A stretch of 64,000 bases of DNA from positions 55,087 through 119,086 of the forward strand of contig CACBCU010000001.1 of the NCBI GenBank assembly GCA_902537895.1, given 5' to 3'. This document shows positions 20,423-28,473 of the stretch, one piece after another. The position numbers and the translations under genes are program-made. The notes below the pieces were generated by a model. It did no database searches and was not told the origin of the DNA. It saw only the letters and a program-made list of their open reading frames with translations. Within the stretch, counting starts at the first letter, position 1, and the number at the start of each line of letters is the position of its first letter. This DNA is from an uncultured Pelagibacteraceae bacterium. GTDB lineage: Bacteria > Pseudomonadota > Alphaproteobacteria > Pelagibacterales > Pelagibacteraceae.

Positions 20423-20710
20423 ATGAGCAAAGGATATCTAATAGCACATCTTAAAGAACACGATAAAGAAGGTATGGAAAAGTTTAAACAAATGTCCGGA
20501 CCAACTATTGGAGAGCACGGTGGCAAAGTTCTTGTTCGTGAACCCAATCCTGACGTAAGAGAAGGTGAAAATTTAGGTACTGTTGTATTAATTGAATTTG
20601 AAAGCATTGATGCTGCTCGTAAATTCTATGAATCAGAAAAATATCAAGCGGCTAAAGCGGTTAGAGAATTAGCAGCCAAAGCTTATCTAGTTTTAGTTGA
20701 GGGGAATTAA
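20423..20710 (+). CDS. DUF1330 family protein
   Basis: GYLIA, HGGKVLVR, VLIEFESIDAARKFYESEKYQ. Confidence 0.88.
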   Translation: MSKGYLIAHLKEHDKEGMEKFKQMSGPTIGEHGGKVLVREPNPDVREGENLGTVVLIEFESIDAARKFYESEKYQAAKAVRELAAKAYLVLVEGN

Positions 20711-20739
20711 AACTCAGCTAATTAAAAAAGGAGTATAAA

Positions 20740-21060
20740 ATGTCGATGTTAGAGAAATATATCAATGCAATTGATAAAAAAGATGAGTCAACCATGAATG
20801 AGCTTTTACATGATGACTTTAAATTTAAAATGCATAAATCAGGTAACACTATAGGTAAAGCCGATGTTATAAAGTGGGCAATGAGTGGTGATATTAATCA
20901 AGATAAGACAAGAGTGGTTTACGAAAATGATGAAATTGGAGTTCACCATTCAATAGTAACATTTAATGATGGAAATGTAGAAGCGGTAATGGCAGTTTAT
21001 AAATACAAAGATGGAAAAATTATAAGTTTAGAAACTGGCGCCACTCCAATGCCAAAATAG
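20740..21060 (+). CDS. NTF2/SnoaL-like protein
   Basis: YINAID..ELLHDDF, VVYEND, YKDGKII pattern. Confidence 0.75.
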   Translation: MSMLEKYINAIDKKDESTMNELLHDDFKFKMHKSGNTIGKADVIKWAMSGDINQDKTRVVYENDEIGVHHSIVTFNDGNVEAVMAVYKYKDGKIISLETGATPMPK

Positions 21061-21279
21061 GTGAGTCAATTACTTTTTATTTGTATAGCTATAACAGCAC
21101 TTGATGTTTTTTTAATCATCTACGCGTTGACTATCCCACTTTATCCAAAAAAATGGCGAAAAGAGGTAAATAAAAAATACAAAAATGAGACAGCTACTGG
21201 AGTAACAATAATTTTTGTAACGATGGCAGCTTGTTTTCTATGGGTAATTTATTTTTATTTCTTAATTTTTGATTTATAA
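21061..21279 (+). CDS. Small two-TM membrane protein
   Basis: GTG start directly after the upstream stop; two hydrophobic segments. Confidence 0.65.
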   Translation: MSQLLFICIAITALDVFLIIYALTIPLYPKKWRKEVNKKYKNETATGVTIIFVTMAACFLWVIYFYFLIFDL

Positions 21280-21285
21280 TTTTCT

Positions 21286-21507
21286 ATGTTTCCAAAAAAA
21301 TATTCAAAATTAATATTTATATTTTTTATGGGTCTTGGCATGAGTTTGATCATGACACTTATAATTACATATATTAACACAGGTTATGATGAACTCTATT
21401 ATAAGAGATTTTTTAAAGCTTGGTCAGTAAGTTTGCCAGTTGCATTAGTTGCCACAACAATTGTAGCTCCTATAGTTGAAAAATTTGTGGATAAAATAAC
21501 TAAATAG
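21286..21507 (+). CDS. DUF2798-like membrane protein
   Basis: FFMGLGMSLIMT..INTG..RFFKAWSVSLPVA. Confidence 0.8.
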   Translation: MFPKKYSKLIFIFFMGLGMSLIMTLIITYINTGYDELYYKRFFKAWSVSLPVALVATTIVAPIVEKFVDKITK

Positions 21508-21521
21508 GCATAACTTAAGTT

Positions 21522-21857
21522 ATGAGTAATTTATCTGGATATATATTTCTTCTATTGGCAATTATCTTGGGCATAACGTCGAATGGTTTTTTAAAATCAA
21601 CTAATGGATTTACGAATATTGGCCCAACAATTTTTTGTGTAATATCTATAGTTGCTTGTATTTTTTGTTTATCAAAAGCAATGAATATTATTCCTGTAGG
21701 TTTCACGTATGCTACATATGGAGGACTCACAATTACTGCAGTAACTTTATTTGGCGTGTTTAAATACAATCAAATCCCAAATCTCTATGGAATTATAGGA
21801 ATAGCATTAATTGTTGTTGGTGTAATTTTACTCAATACACTTGGTAAAACTACTTAG
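21522..21857 (+). CDS. SMR/DMT family small multidrug-type transporter
   Basis: Four TM helices; LKSTNGFT, IPVGFTYATYGG; lacks the canonical TM1 Glu. Confidence 0.8.
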   Translation: MSNLSGYIFLLLAIILGITSNGFLKSTNGFTNIGPTIFCVISIVACIFCLSKAMNIIPVGFTYATYGGLTITAVTLFGVFKYNQIPNLYGIIGIALIVVGVILLNTLGKTT

Positions 21858-22656
21858 TCACAGGTTTTAATATTTTCACTATTCTATTATGAAGATTTTT
21901 GTTTGGTGCACAAATAATGTTTCCTGCTTTTATTGGATCCCGATTTTTCCATGTAGTGACCATTCCTCCCGCTGCTCTAATTATAGGAATTAAAGCATGA
22001 ATATCCCAAATTTTATTTCCACATTGAATTACAATATCTATTTTTCCCTCTGCAAAATGTGAATAACTTAGAGCATCAGCACACGGAAATTGCATTCGTT
22101 TTAATATTTGTGGTATTTTTTTTTGTTGGTTTAAAGATAAACTACCGTGAAATGCAGCCGACAATTTCATATTTTTGAAAGTTGCTTTTTTATTCACTTT
22201 TAGTCTTTTTTTATTTCCATTTTCACACACTAAAGCGACTTTGTCTGTTTCGTTAAAATAATATTTTTTTAAAATTGGAAAATTAGCAAGACCTAAAATT
22301 GGTATTCCTTTGAAATTTAATGAAATGAGGTTACTCCAAGTTGGGTTACCTATAACGAAAGATCTTGTGCCATCTATTGGATCAATAACCCAAGAAAAAT
22401 CACTTTTAGTTTTTTTATTTTTAAATTCTTCACCTATAATTTGATGAGTAGGAAATTTATTACTAATCTCTTTTCTTATAAATTTTTCAAAAGCCATATC
22501 TGCATTAGTAACAGGATCATAACCTTTGCCCTTCAATTTATTTGAAACCTTAAATGGTTTGTCTAGTTTCAAAAAATAAAATCTTGTAAGTTTATTTGCT
22601 AAATTGTTAAGAAATTTAGAGTATTTTTTATATTCTGAAGATTTTAATTTAATCAC
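21850..22656 (-). CDS. Inositol monophosphatase family (HisN-like histidinol-phosphatase)
   Basis: DPVTNAD, IIGEE, WVIDPIDGTRSF, WDIHA. Confidence 0.85.
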   Translation of the reverse strand: MIKLKSSEYKKYSKFLNNLANKLTRFYFLKLDKPFKVSNKLKGKGYDPVTNADMAFEKFIRKEISNKFPTHQIIGEEFKNKKTKSDFSWVIDPIDGTRSFVIGNPTWSNLISLNFKGIPILGLANFPILKKYYFNETDKVALVCENGNKKRLKVNKKATFKNMKLSAAFHGSLSLNQQKKIPQILKRMQFPCADALSYSHFAEGKIDIVIQCGNKIWDIHALIPIIRAAGGMVTTWKNRDPIKAGNIICAPNKNLHNRIVKILKPVTK

Positions 22657-22721
22657 AAGAGACTATTACAATTTAATTTGTATTGATTAAAGTAAAATTT
22701 TAAATAATCATAAGAATCATT

Positions 22722-23822
22722 ATGAAAATTGAACTTTCAGATAATAAAGTTTTTTTTGAAAATCAAGGATCAAAAAAAGAAATACACCCATTCTGGTTGA
22801 GAGAAAGAGTGAACGGCGTAGATTTTGTTGATAAAGGTACCAAACAAAGATTATTTGATCCAACGACGCTCAATCAAAATATTGAGATAAATAAAGTCAA
22901 TTTGACTGATAAATTTTTAGAGATTTTATTTAATGACGGAGTTGAAACAAAAATATCAATTCAAAGTATCTTTGAAGAATATTCTGGTATTAATCATATA
23001 AAATTTATCAAAAAAACTAAATGGGACTCTTCTTTAAAAAATCTGAATAATTTTCAGTTCAGTGAAAATATATTTGAAGAAAAAATAATGTATGAAGCTT
23101 TAATAAGTTTCTATAAATATGGTTTCATTATTTTCAAAAATGTGCCAACAGAAAATAATTTCTTAGTAAAATTCGCAAATTCTATAGGTAGTATAAGGAG
23201 AACAAATTTTGGTGAATTCTTTAATGTAAAATCAAAACCCAATCCTAATGATCTAGCTTATACATCTTTGCCTTTAGCACCTCATACTGATAATCCTTAT
23301 AGAAATCCTGTTCCATGTATTCAAATATTACATTGTATTGAAAATGCAGTTGAAGGTGGACATTCTACTTTGGTAGATGGCTTTACAGTTACAGAGGAAT
23401 TAAAAGAAAAATATCCTGAATATTATAAAATTTTAACTGAGGTGAAGGTAAAATATCAATTTATAGATAAGGATGTAATATTAGAAAATTGGGCTGAGAT
23501 GATTGAATTAGATGAAAATAAAAATTTTAAACAAGTTAGATTTAGCCCAAGGTTAGATTTTGTTCCATTAATTGATAAAAAAAAATTAGATGTTTACTAT
23601 AAGGCAAGAAATAAAATTTCTGAATTGTATAATTCGAGCAAATATAGAATTGAATTTAAACTTCTTCCAGGAGATCTATTAATGATGGATAATTATCGAC
23701 TTCTTCATGGAAGGACATCCTTTAATGCTAATGAGGGTAATAGATTTCTTCAAGGTTGTTATATAGATTATGATAGTACTGAAGGAAAAATTAAGCACCT
23801 AAAAAGAAAATTTAATATATAA
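22722..23822 (+). CDS. TauD/TfdA Fe(II)/2OG dioxygenase, gamma-butyrobetaine hydroxylase/TmpA-like
   Basis: HPFWLRE N-domain, DLAYT..HTDNPY (HxD), DNYRLLHGRTSF, RFLQGCY. Confidence 0.88.
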   Translation: MKIELSDNKVFFENQGSKKEIHPFWLRERVNGVDFVDKGTKQRLFDPTTLNQNIEINKVNLTDKFLEILFNDGVETKISIQSIFEEYSGINHIKFIKKTKWDSSLKNLNNFQFSENIFEEKIMYEALISFYKYGFIIFKNVPTENNFLVKFANSIGSIRRTNFGEFFNVKSKPNPNDLAYTSLPLAPHTDNPYRNPVPCIQILHCIENAVEGGHSTLVDGFTVTEELKEKYPEYYKILTEVKVKYQFIDKDVILENWAEMIELDENKNFKQVRFSPRLDFVPLIDKKKLDVYYKARNKISELYNSSKYRIEFKLLPGDLLMMDNYRLLHGRTSFNANEGNRFLQGCYIDYDSTEGKIKHLKRKFNI

Positions 23823-23823
23823 A

Positions 23824-24003
23824 TTATTTGTTAAAACAATTATTCACTAATATTGCCATTAATATCCAAATGACAAAAGTTTCACCATGGGTGAAAGAAT
23901 AATCCGCTCCAGCAAATCCAGCGACTATATTGATTGCATAAATAATTATGGTAGAGACTAATAAACTTAAGAATAATTTCACTATTCCATTAATATATTT
24001 CAC
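23824..24003 (-). CDS. 59-aa two-TM microprotein (not in ORF track)
   Basis: GTG start; MKYINGIVKLFLSLLVSTIIIYAINIVAGFAGADYSFTHGETFVIWILMAILVNNCFNK*; ends convergently 1 nt from the dioxygenase stop. Confidence 0.6.
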   Translation of the reverse strand: MKYINGIVKLFLSLLVSTIIIYAINIVAGFAGADYSFTHGETFVIWILMAILVNNCFNK

Positions 24004-24096
24004 ATTAAAATTTTAACTATTCTCAATATTTATGCAAATGAAAATTTTCTATTAATGAGGGAAATTATTTTAGATGCCGGAATATTATTAAATACC

Positions 24097-24157
24097 TAGG
24101 TTGTATTCAAGAAATATATTTTCAGAAAATTTAAATAAATTTATTGATTACAACCTA
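24097..24157. repeat. 25-bp imperfect inverted repeat (3 mismatches, 11-nt spacer)
   Basis: TAGGTTGTATTCAAGAAATATATTT ... AAATAAATTTATTGATTACAACCTA. Confidence 0.75.
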
Positions 24158-24178
24158 ATCAAAATTTAATCTTTAATT

Positions 24179-24350
24179 AAGGAGGTAGCTTTAATGAATC
24201 AAACACCACCTGATACTTAGCTGGGTATTTTCATACTTCATAAAAACGTAAACGAAAAATATAAAGTCCATTCGGACTTAAATGCCAGAACGGCAAACTA
24301 GGGGCAGCTCTTTTGGTTAATTAACTAAAGAGCGAACCCCTAAATTATTT
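24179..24350 (+). ncRNA. Candidate structured small RNA or micro-ORF transcript (SD + MNQTPPDT* + hairpins)
   Basis: AAGGAGGT at 24179-24186; ATG 24194 to TAG 24220; hairpins AAGTCC-ATTC-GGACTT and TGCC-AGAAC-GGCA; terminal stem 24299-24342; no downstream + strand gene. Confidence 0.6.
24299..24350 (+). terminator. Long GC-closed stem-loop, probable (bidirectional) terminator
   Basis: TAGGGG-CA-GCTCTTTTGGTTA..TAACTAAAGAGC-GAA-CCCCTA followed by an AT-rich tail; lies between convergent units. Confidence 0.65.
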
Positions 24351-24357
24351 TCTTAAT

Positions 24358-25066
24358 TTATCTATTTAAAACCAAACAAATCAATTTATCCTCAAAAGAT
24401 ATTTGTTTTTTATACTTTTTCTTTATTTCATTTAAACCACTAGATATTAAATTATGGCTCATTCCCAGCAACACCGATATATATTTGCTCTTTACCATTT
24501 CCATATATTTTTTCTTTGAAATTTTAACTTTGTAACTAAACCCTCTGACGAGTTTTCCTTTGAATGAATATGAAATTGATTTAATAATTTTCTTGTCTCT
24601 TATTAAGGCTTTTTTCAGTTTTTTTTCTCATAATCGAAAATGTTGGAATTTCATTATTAATGGGGTCTAGAGTAAAAATAATAATTTTACCGTTTGGATT
24701 TAGTAATGTCTTCGACAATTTAAGTATAGTCTTAATATCTTTAATTTTAAAAAGATGAATAGTTTGTTTTAATAAAATTAGATCAAATCTTTTTTTATTA
24801 TTTTTTAAAAATTTAAGTGCATCAATTTTTTTAAAAATTATTCTTTTATCCCTATCTTTATGATTTTCTATATCTATACCTGTAGATTTTCTCTTTAAGC
24901 TTAACTTTAATGACAAGCTTCCTAGTATCTTACCCCTGCCACAACCAATATCTAAAATCTGACTGTTTTTATTTAATTTAACTTGTTTTAATAAAAAATT
25001 ATTAAAAGATTTAATATAAGACGGTGATGAAAGCCAAGTTTTGTTGTCCCAATTTTTTAATGACAC
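24358..25066 (-). pseudogene. Class I SAM-dependent methyltransferase with apparent +1 frameshift in an A8 tract
   Basis: ILDIGCGRG motif; ORF track stops at 24581, but removing one T from T8 (24619-24626) gives a 235-aa ORF ending at 24358 (..KKLKKALIRDKKII..KYISVLL..FEDKLICLVLNR*). Confidence 0.75.
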
Positions 25067-25503
25067 GCAATATTAAATTTTTTTAGTCTCCAATAATTAT
25101 AAGGCCAAGGTGTTAAGAACCCGACTAAGAGCATAATTGGAACAACCCACCAAGTAAGAATAGCACCACCTGTTAAAAAGTAATCAGTCAAATTCATCAT
25201 GATCTCCATGCTTATCATTGATATAAAACTCATTCCCATTGCTGTTTTTAAGGCTTTTGAAAAATCGAAATTTTGTTTCATTAAGATTACTGTCTCTAAA
25301 ATTATACTTGTGATTAGTCCATTGATAATAGCTAAAGTCATTATTCCCATAACTGGAAATGGAATCTTTGTTAGTTGGAAAAATAAAATTGTACCAAAAT
25401 CACCAATCGCACAACCTAATAAACACCAACCAGTGTTTTTAGCACTTCTTTTCCAAGTATGTTTGCACGACCAATTAAAATTGGCGTTGACTGCATTGTC
25501 CAT
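25057..25503 (-). CDS. DUF4396-like membrane protein
   Basis: NTGWCLLGCAIGDFGT, MSFISMISME, PWPYNYWRL. Confidence 0.8.
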   Translation of the reverse strand: MDNAVNANFNWSCKHTWKRSAKNTGWCLLGCAIGDFGTILFFQLTKIPFPVMGIMTLAIINGLITSIILETVILMKQNFDFSKALKTAMGMSFISMISMEIMMNLTDYFLTGGAILTWWVVPIMLLVGFLTPWPYNYWRLKKFNIACH

Positions 25504-25507
25504 TAAA

Positions 25508-26011
25508 TTAGTTTATATCAACTTTGGCTATCATTCCAACTTGATAATGGCCCGGCACATTGCATGCAATTTCAATATTTACTGCATTATCAAATTTCCA
25601 AATGATATTTCCCTTTTGTTTTGGTTCCAACAAAACACTATTGCTATGCGAATGAGCCATAGCTTTATCCATCTTTGCCATTTTTTTCATTTTTTCTTTA
25701 TCAATAGAGTCGGCTAGAAGAATTTCATTTTCAACCATTTTTTCCATTTCAGGCTGATGTTTTATGTGCATCATTTTATTTGCAATATTAAATTCGTGAA
25801 CTAACTCACCTAAATTTTCAACTTCAAATTTTATTGTCTCGCCAGCTTTAATTTGAAAAGAATTGGGCTCATAGTAATTGTCATACATCTTTACTTTTAT
25901 AACTCGATTAATGTCACTCTCTTTTCCTTTAAAGCCAATCTTCATATTCTTGTCTGCATAAGATGCTGAACAATAAAAAAATAGAATTAAAAATGCTATT
26001 ATTCGGCTCAT
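25508..26011 (-). CDS. Periplasmic cupredoxin (plastocyanin/azurin, CopI-like)
   Basis: Signal peptide; HEF and CNVPGHYQVGM type-1 Cu ligands; Met/His-rich insert. Confidence 0.85.
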   Translation of the reverse strand: MSRIIAFLILFFYCSASYADKNMKIGFKGKESDINRVIKVKMYDNYYEPNSFQIKAGETIKFEVENLGELVHEFNIANKMMHIKHQPEMEKMVENEILLADSIDKEKMKKMAKMDKAMAHSHSNSVLLEPKQKGNIIWKFDNAVNIEIACNVPGHYQVGMIAKVDIN

Positions 26012-26014
26012 AAG

Positions 26015-26398
26015 TTAAATTGAGGATTTAAGCGCTTTATAAATAGCTTCTTTTTTAATTTCACCGATACTTCTATAAACTTCTTTATTATCTTTAAAAA
26101 TCAGTAGCGTAGTTTGATATTGCACATTAAATAAATTTGAAATTTCTTTGTTAGTTACATCAAACGCAAAATATTCCATATTACTAAAATCACTTTTTGC
26201 TTTTTCTAAAACTTTCATTTGACTAGAACAAGAAGGGCAATATTTAATCCAAGAACTGACAACAACTACCTTGCCATCAGATTGAGCTTTATTAAATAAC
26301 TCTTTGTCAAAAGTTGTTTTTTTTTCTAAAGCAGTTGCGTTAAAACTTAACAAACAAAAAAAGAGAATTAAAATTTTTTTCATAGGTATTTTATACAA
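26015..26398 (-). CDS. Exported thioredoxin-fold protein
   Basis: Signal peptide; CPSC (CxxC) motif; FNVQYQTTLLIFK. Confidence 0.8.
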   Translation of the reverse strand: MYKIPMKKILILFFCLLSFNATALEKKTTFDKELFNKAQSDGKVVVVSSWIKYCPSCSSQMKVLEKAKSDFSNMEYFAFDVTNKEISNLFNVQYQTTLLIFKDNKEVYRSIGEIKKEAIYKALKSSI

Positions 26399-26705
26399 GA
26401 AAAATTAAAAACCAATAAGATGCAAGCCCCGAGAATATTGTCGCAATTATACTTCGAGTAACAACACCAATTATTGTTGCAATTATTGCTGCAATTATCT
26501 TTGGGTTATTCTCTATTTGAAATAAACCACTATTATCAATAAAAATAGCTGGAAATATAATTGCTGGAAAAATCGCTGATGGTACAAAAGATAAAATTTC
26601 TCTAATCCTATCATTGAACATTTCTTTTTTTATTAAAGCTATCATTGAAAATCTTGTGAGATAAGTAATTATTCCACAATAAAATATTAAAGCCCAATTA
26701 CTCAT
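26391..26705 (-). CDS. azlD: AzlD family membrane protein
   Basis: TYLTRFS, FVPSAIFPA; follows azlC. Confidence 0.8.
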   Translation of the reverse strand: MSNWALIFYCGIITYLTRFSMIALIKKEMFNDRIREILSFVPSAIFPAIIFPAIFIDNSGLFQIENNPKIIAAIIATIIGVVTRSIIATIFSGLASYWFLIFLV

Positions 26706-27393
26706 AAAGTTTTTTTTTTTTAGTTAATATTATTGCTGTAATCAACCCCGATAGAGCAGCAACAATCACATAAGCTTTAAACGGAATATAATTATAACCA
26801 AATGTCGCTACTGCTCCCGAGACAATTATTACAAATATATTGATAAGTTTTCTAAAATCGTTCACTAATAAAGCCAAAAAAGTTAATGGAACTGCAAAAC
26901 TAAGTCCTAATTCTTCTGGTATTGATGCTCCTAAAATAATTCCAAAAAAAGTTGTACTTTGCCAAATTACCCAACAAGTTGCACCACCACCAACTAAATG
27001 AAAATATCTATTTCTATTTTTATTTTTCTTTAAATACTCGTTTGAGATTGCAAAAGCTTGATCAATTAAAAAATACGAGATGATAATTTTCCAAACTAAT
27101 TTCAAATCTGATAAATGTTCAGATACGACAGCTCCATAAAGCAAATGTCTAGAATTTACAGCACCTACTGAGCTGATAATAACCAAAGAAGAGGCTCCAC
27201 CAGAGAATAATTGTAAAAGCACTATTTGAGAAGCTCCTCCAAATACTATTAAGGACATTCCCATTGTTTGTATGGGAGTGAAACCCACATCAATAGCCAA
27301 AACACCAAATATTAAACCAAAAGGAACAACTGGTATCATTAACGGACTTACATCTCTAATTCCTTTTAAAAATATTTTAAAATTACTATCCAT
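26698..27393 (-). CDS. azlC: AzlC family branched-chain amino acid permease
   Basis: PFGLIFG, MSLIVFGGASQ, VNSRHLLYG, LIDQAFA. Confidence 0.88.
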   Translation of the reverse strand: MDSNFKIFLKGIRDVSPLMIPVVPFGLIFGVLAIDVGFTPIQTMGMSLIVFGGASQIVLLQLFSGGASSLVIISSVGAVNSRHLLYGAVVSEHLSDLKLVWKIIISYFLIDQAFAISNEYLKKNKNRNRYFHLVGGGATCWVIWQSTTFFGIILGASIPEELGLSFAVPLTFLALLVNDFRKLINIFVIIVSGAVATFGYNYIPFKAYVIVAALSGLITAIILTKKKKLYE

Positions 27394-27411
27394 TTATTTG
27401 GAAGCTTTTTA

Positions 27412-28473
27412 TTAGAAGCAAACTATATGATCAATATGAATTGGTCTTTTTATACCAAATTTTTCACTTATCTCATGTTGATGAATATGATGAGAATGAA
27501 CAAATACTGGGATAAAACTATTGCTAGCAGTTTTTAAAGTGTAAATAAAACTTGTGCCCCTAAATTTTCTATCAACTATTTCTAACTTTAGATTGCTTTG
27601 ATCATCATGATGCAAATCTTCAGGCTGAATTAGGAGCTGGACATTTGATCCAATTGGAAAAGATTTTACAAAGGTGCCTGTAATAGTACCAAGATCTTTA
27701 TTTTCTAAACTCTTAGGACTTGTTACTTCTGCGGGAATTAAAACACCTCTATTTAAAAAATTTACAACTTCTACAGAATTTGGAAAATGATAAACTTTAT
27801 AAGGATCATCAAACTGTCTAAGTTCTTGATCTAAAATAATTCCACATTTTGAACCTAAATAGAAAGCTTCATAAGAGTCATGGGTTACAATGATTGTAGA
27901 AATTTTAAGGGTTTTTAAAATTCTTTTTAATCTAATTTGAATCTCTTCTTTAAAACTCTGGTCCACATTAGATAATGGTTCATCTAACAATAAAAGATCT
28001 GGTTGTGTTAACAATGCTCTGGCTAAAGAGGCTCTTTGAGCTTCACCAGCGCTAATTTGATGTGGGTATTGATTAAGTATTTTTGAGAGATCTAATAAAT
28101 CTATAATTTCTTGAAGATTTATCTCTTTCTTTTTTTTTAACTTATTCTTTTCAAAACCTAATAAAATATTTTTCTTTACAGTATAATGTGGAAATAAACT
28201 GTTCTCTTGAAAAGCAAGAGATATGTTTCTGTGTTCAGGCTCAACATTTAAATTTTCAGAAGAAATCGTTTTTCCATTTAATTTAATAGATCCATTTTTA
28301 ATTTTTTGTAGTCCAGCTATGGTTCTTAAAATAGTAGTCTTTCCTATTCCCGATGGACCAAGTAAACATATTACATCACCCTCATTTTCAATAGAGAAGG
28401 ATACATTTCTAACTTTTGTTTTGCCGCCTACAACAAAGTCAACATTATTTACCTCAAAAAAGTTATTACTCAT
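27412..28473 (-). CDS. Fe(III) ABC transporter ATPase (FbpC-like) with His-rich C-terminus
   Basis: GPSGIGKTT, ISAGEAQR, LLLDEP, VTHD; downstream of the iron permease. Confidence 0.88.
   Translation of the reverse strand: MSNNFFEVNNVDFVVGGKTKVRNVSFSIENEGDVICLLGPSGIGKTTILRTIAGLQKIKNGSIKLNGKTISSENLNVEPEHRNISLAFQENSLFPHYTVKKNILLGFEKNKLKKKKEINLQEIIDLLDLSKILNQYPHQISAGEAQRASLARALLTQPDLLLLDEPLSNVDQSFKEEIQIRLKRILKTLKISTIIVTHDSYEAFYLGSKCGIILDQELRQFDDPYKVYHFPNSVEVVNFLNRGVLIPAEVTSPKSLENKDLGTITGTFVKSFPIGSNVQLLIQPEDLHHDDQSNLKLEIVDRKFRGTSFIYTLKTASNSFIPVFVHSHHIHQHEISEKFGIKRPIHIDHIVCF

Noticed and set aside
19470-21857. Integron cassette array
   Set aside because: No integrase, and spacers of 0-51 nt are too short and lack recognisable attC structure
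24097-24157. MITE or IS terminal repeats, or a CRISPR repeat
   Set aside because: Single copy in the window, no target-site duplication, transposase, spacer array or cas genes
24218-24220. Pyrrolysine decoding of the in-frame TAG
   Set aside because: No pyl genes in the window and no reason to expect them in this lineage; only generic readthrough is kept as a hypothesis
25199-25717. 172-aa + strand ORF
   Set aside because: Antisense to two well-supported genes (DUF4396-like and cupredoxin); no motifs
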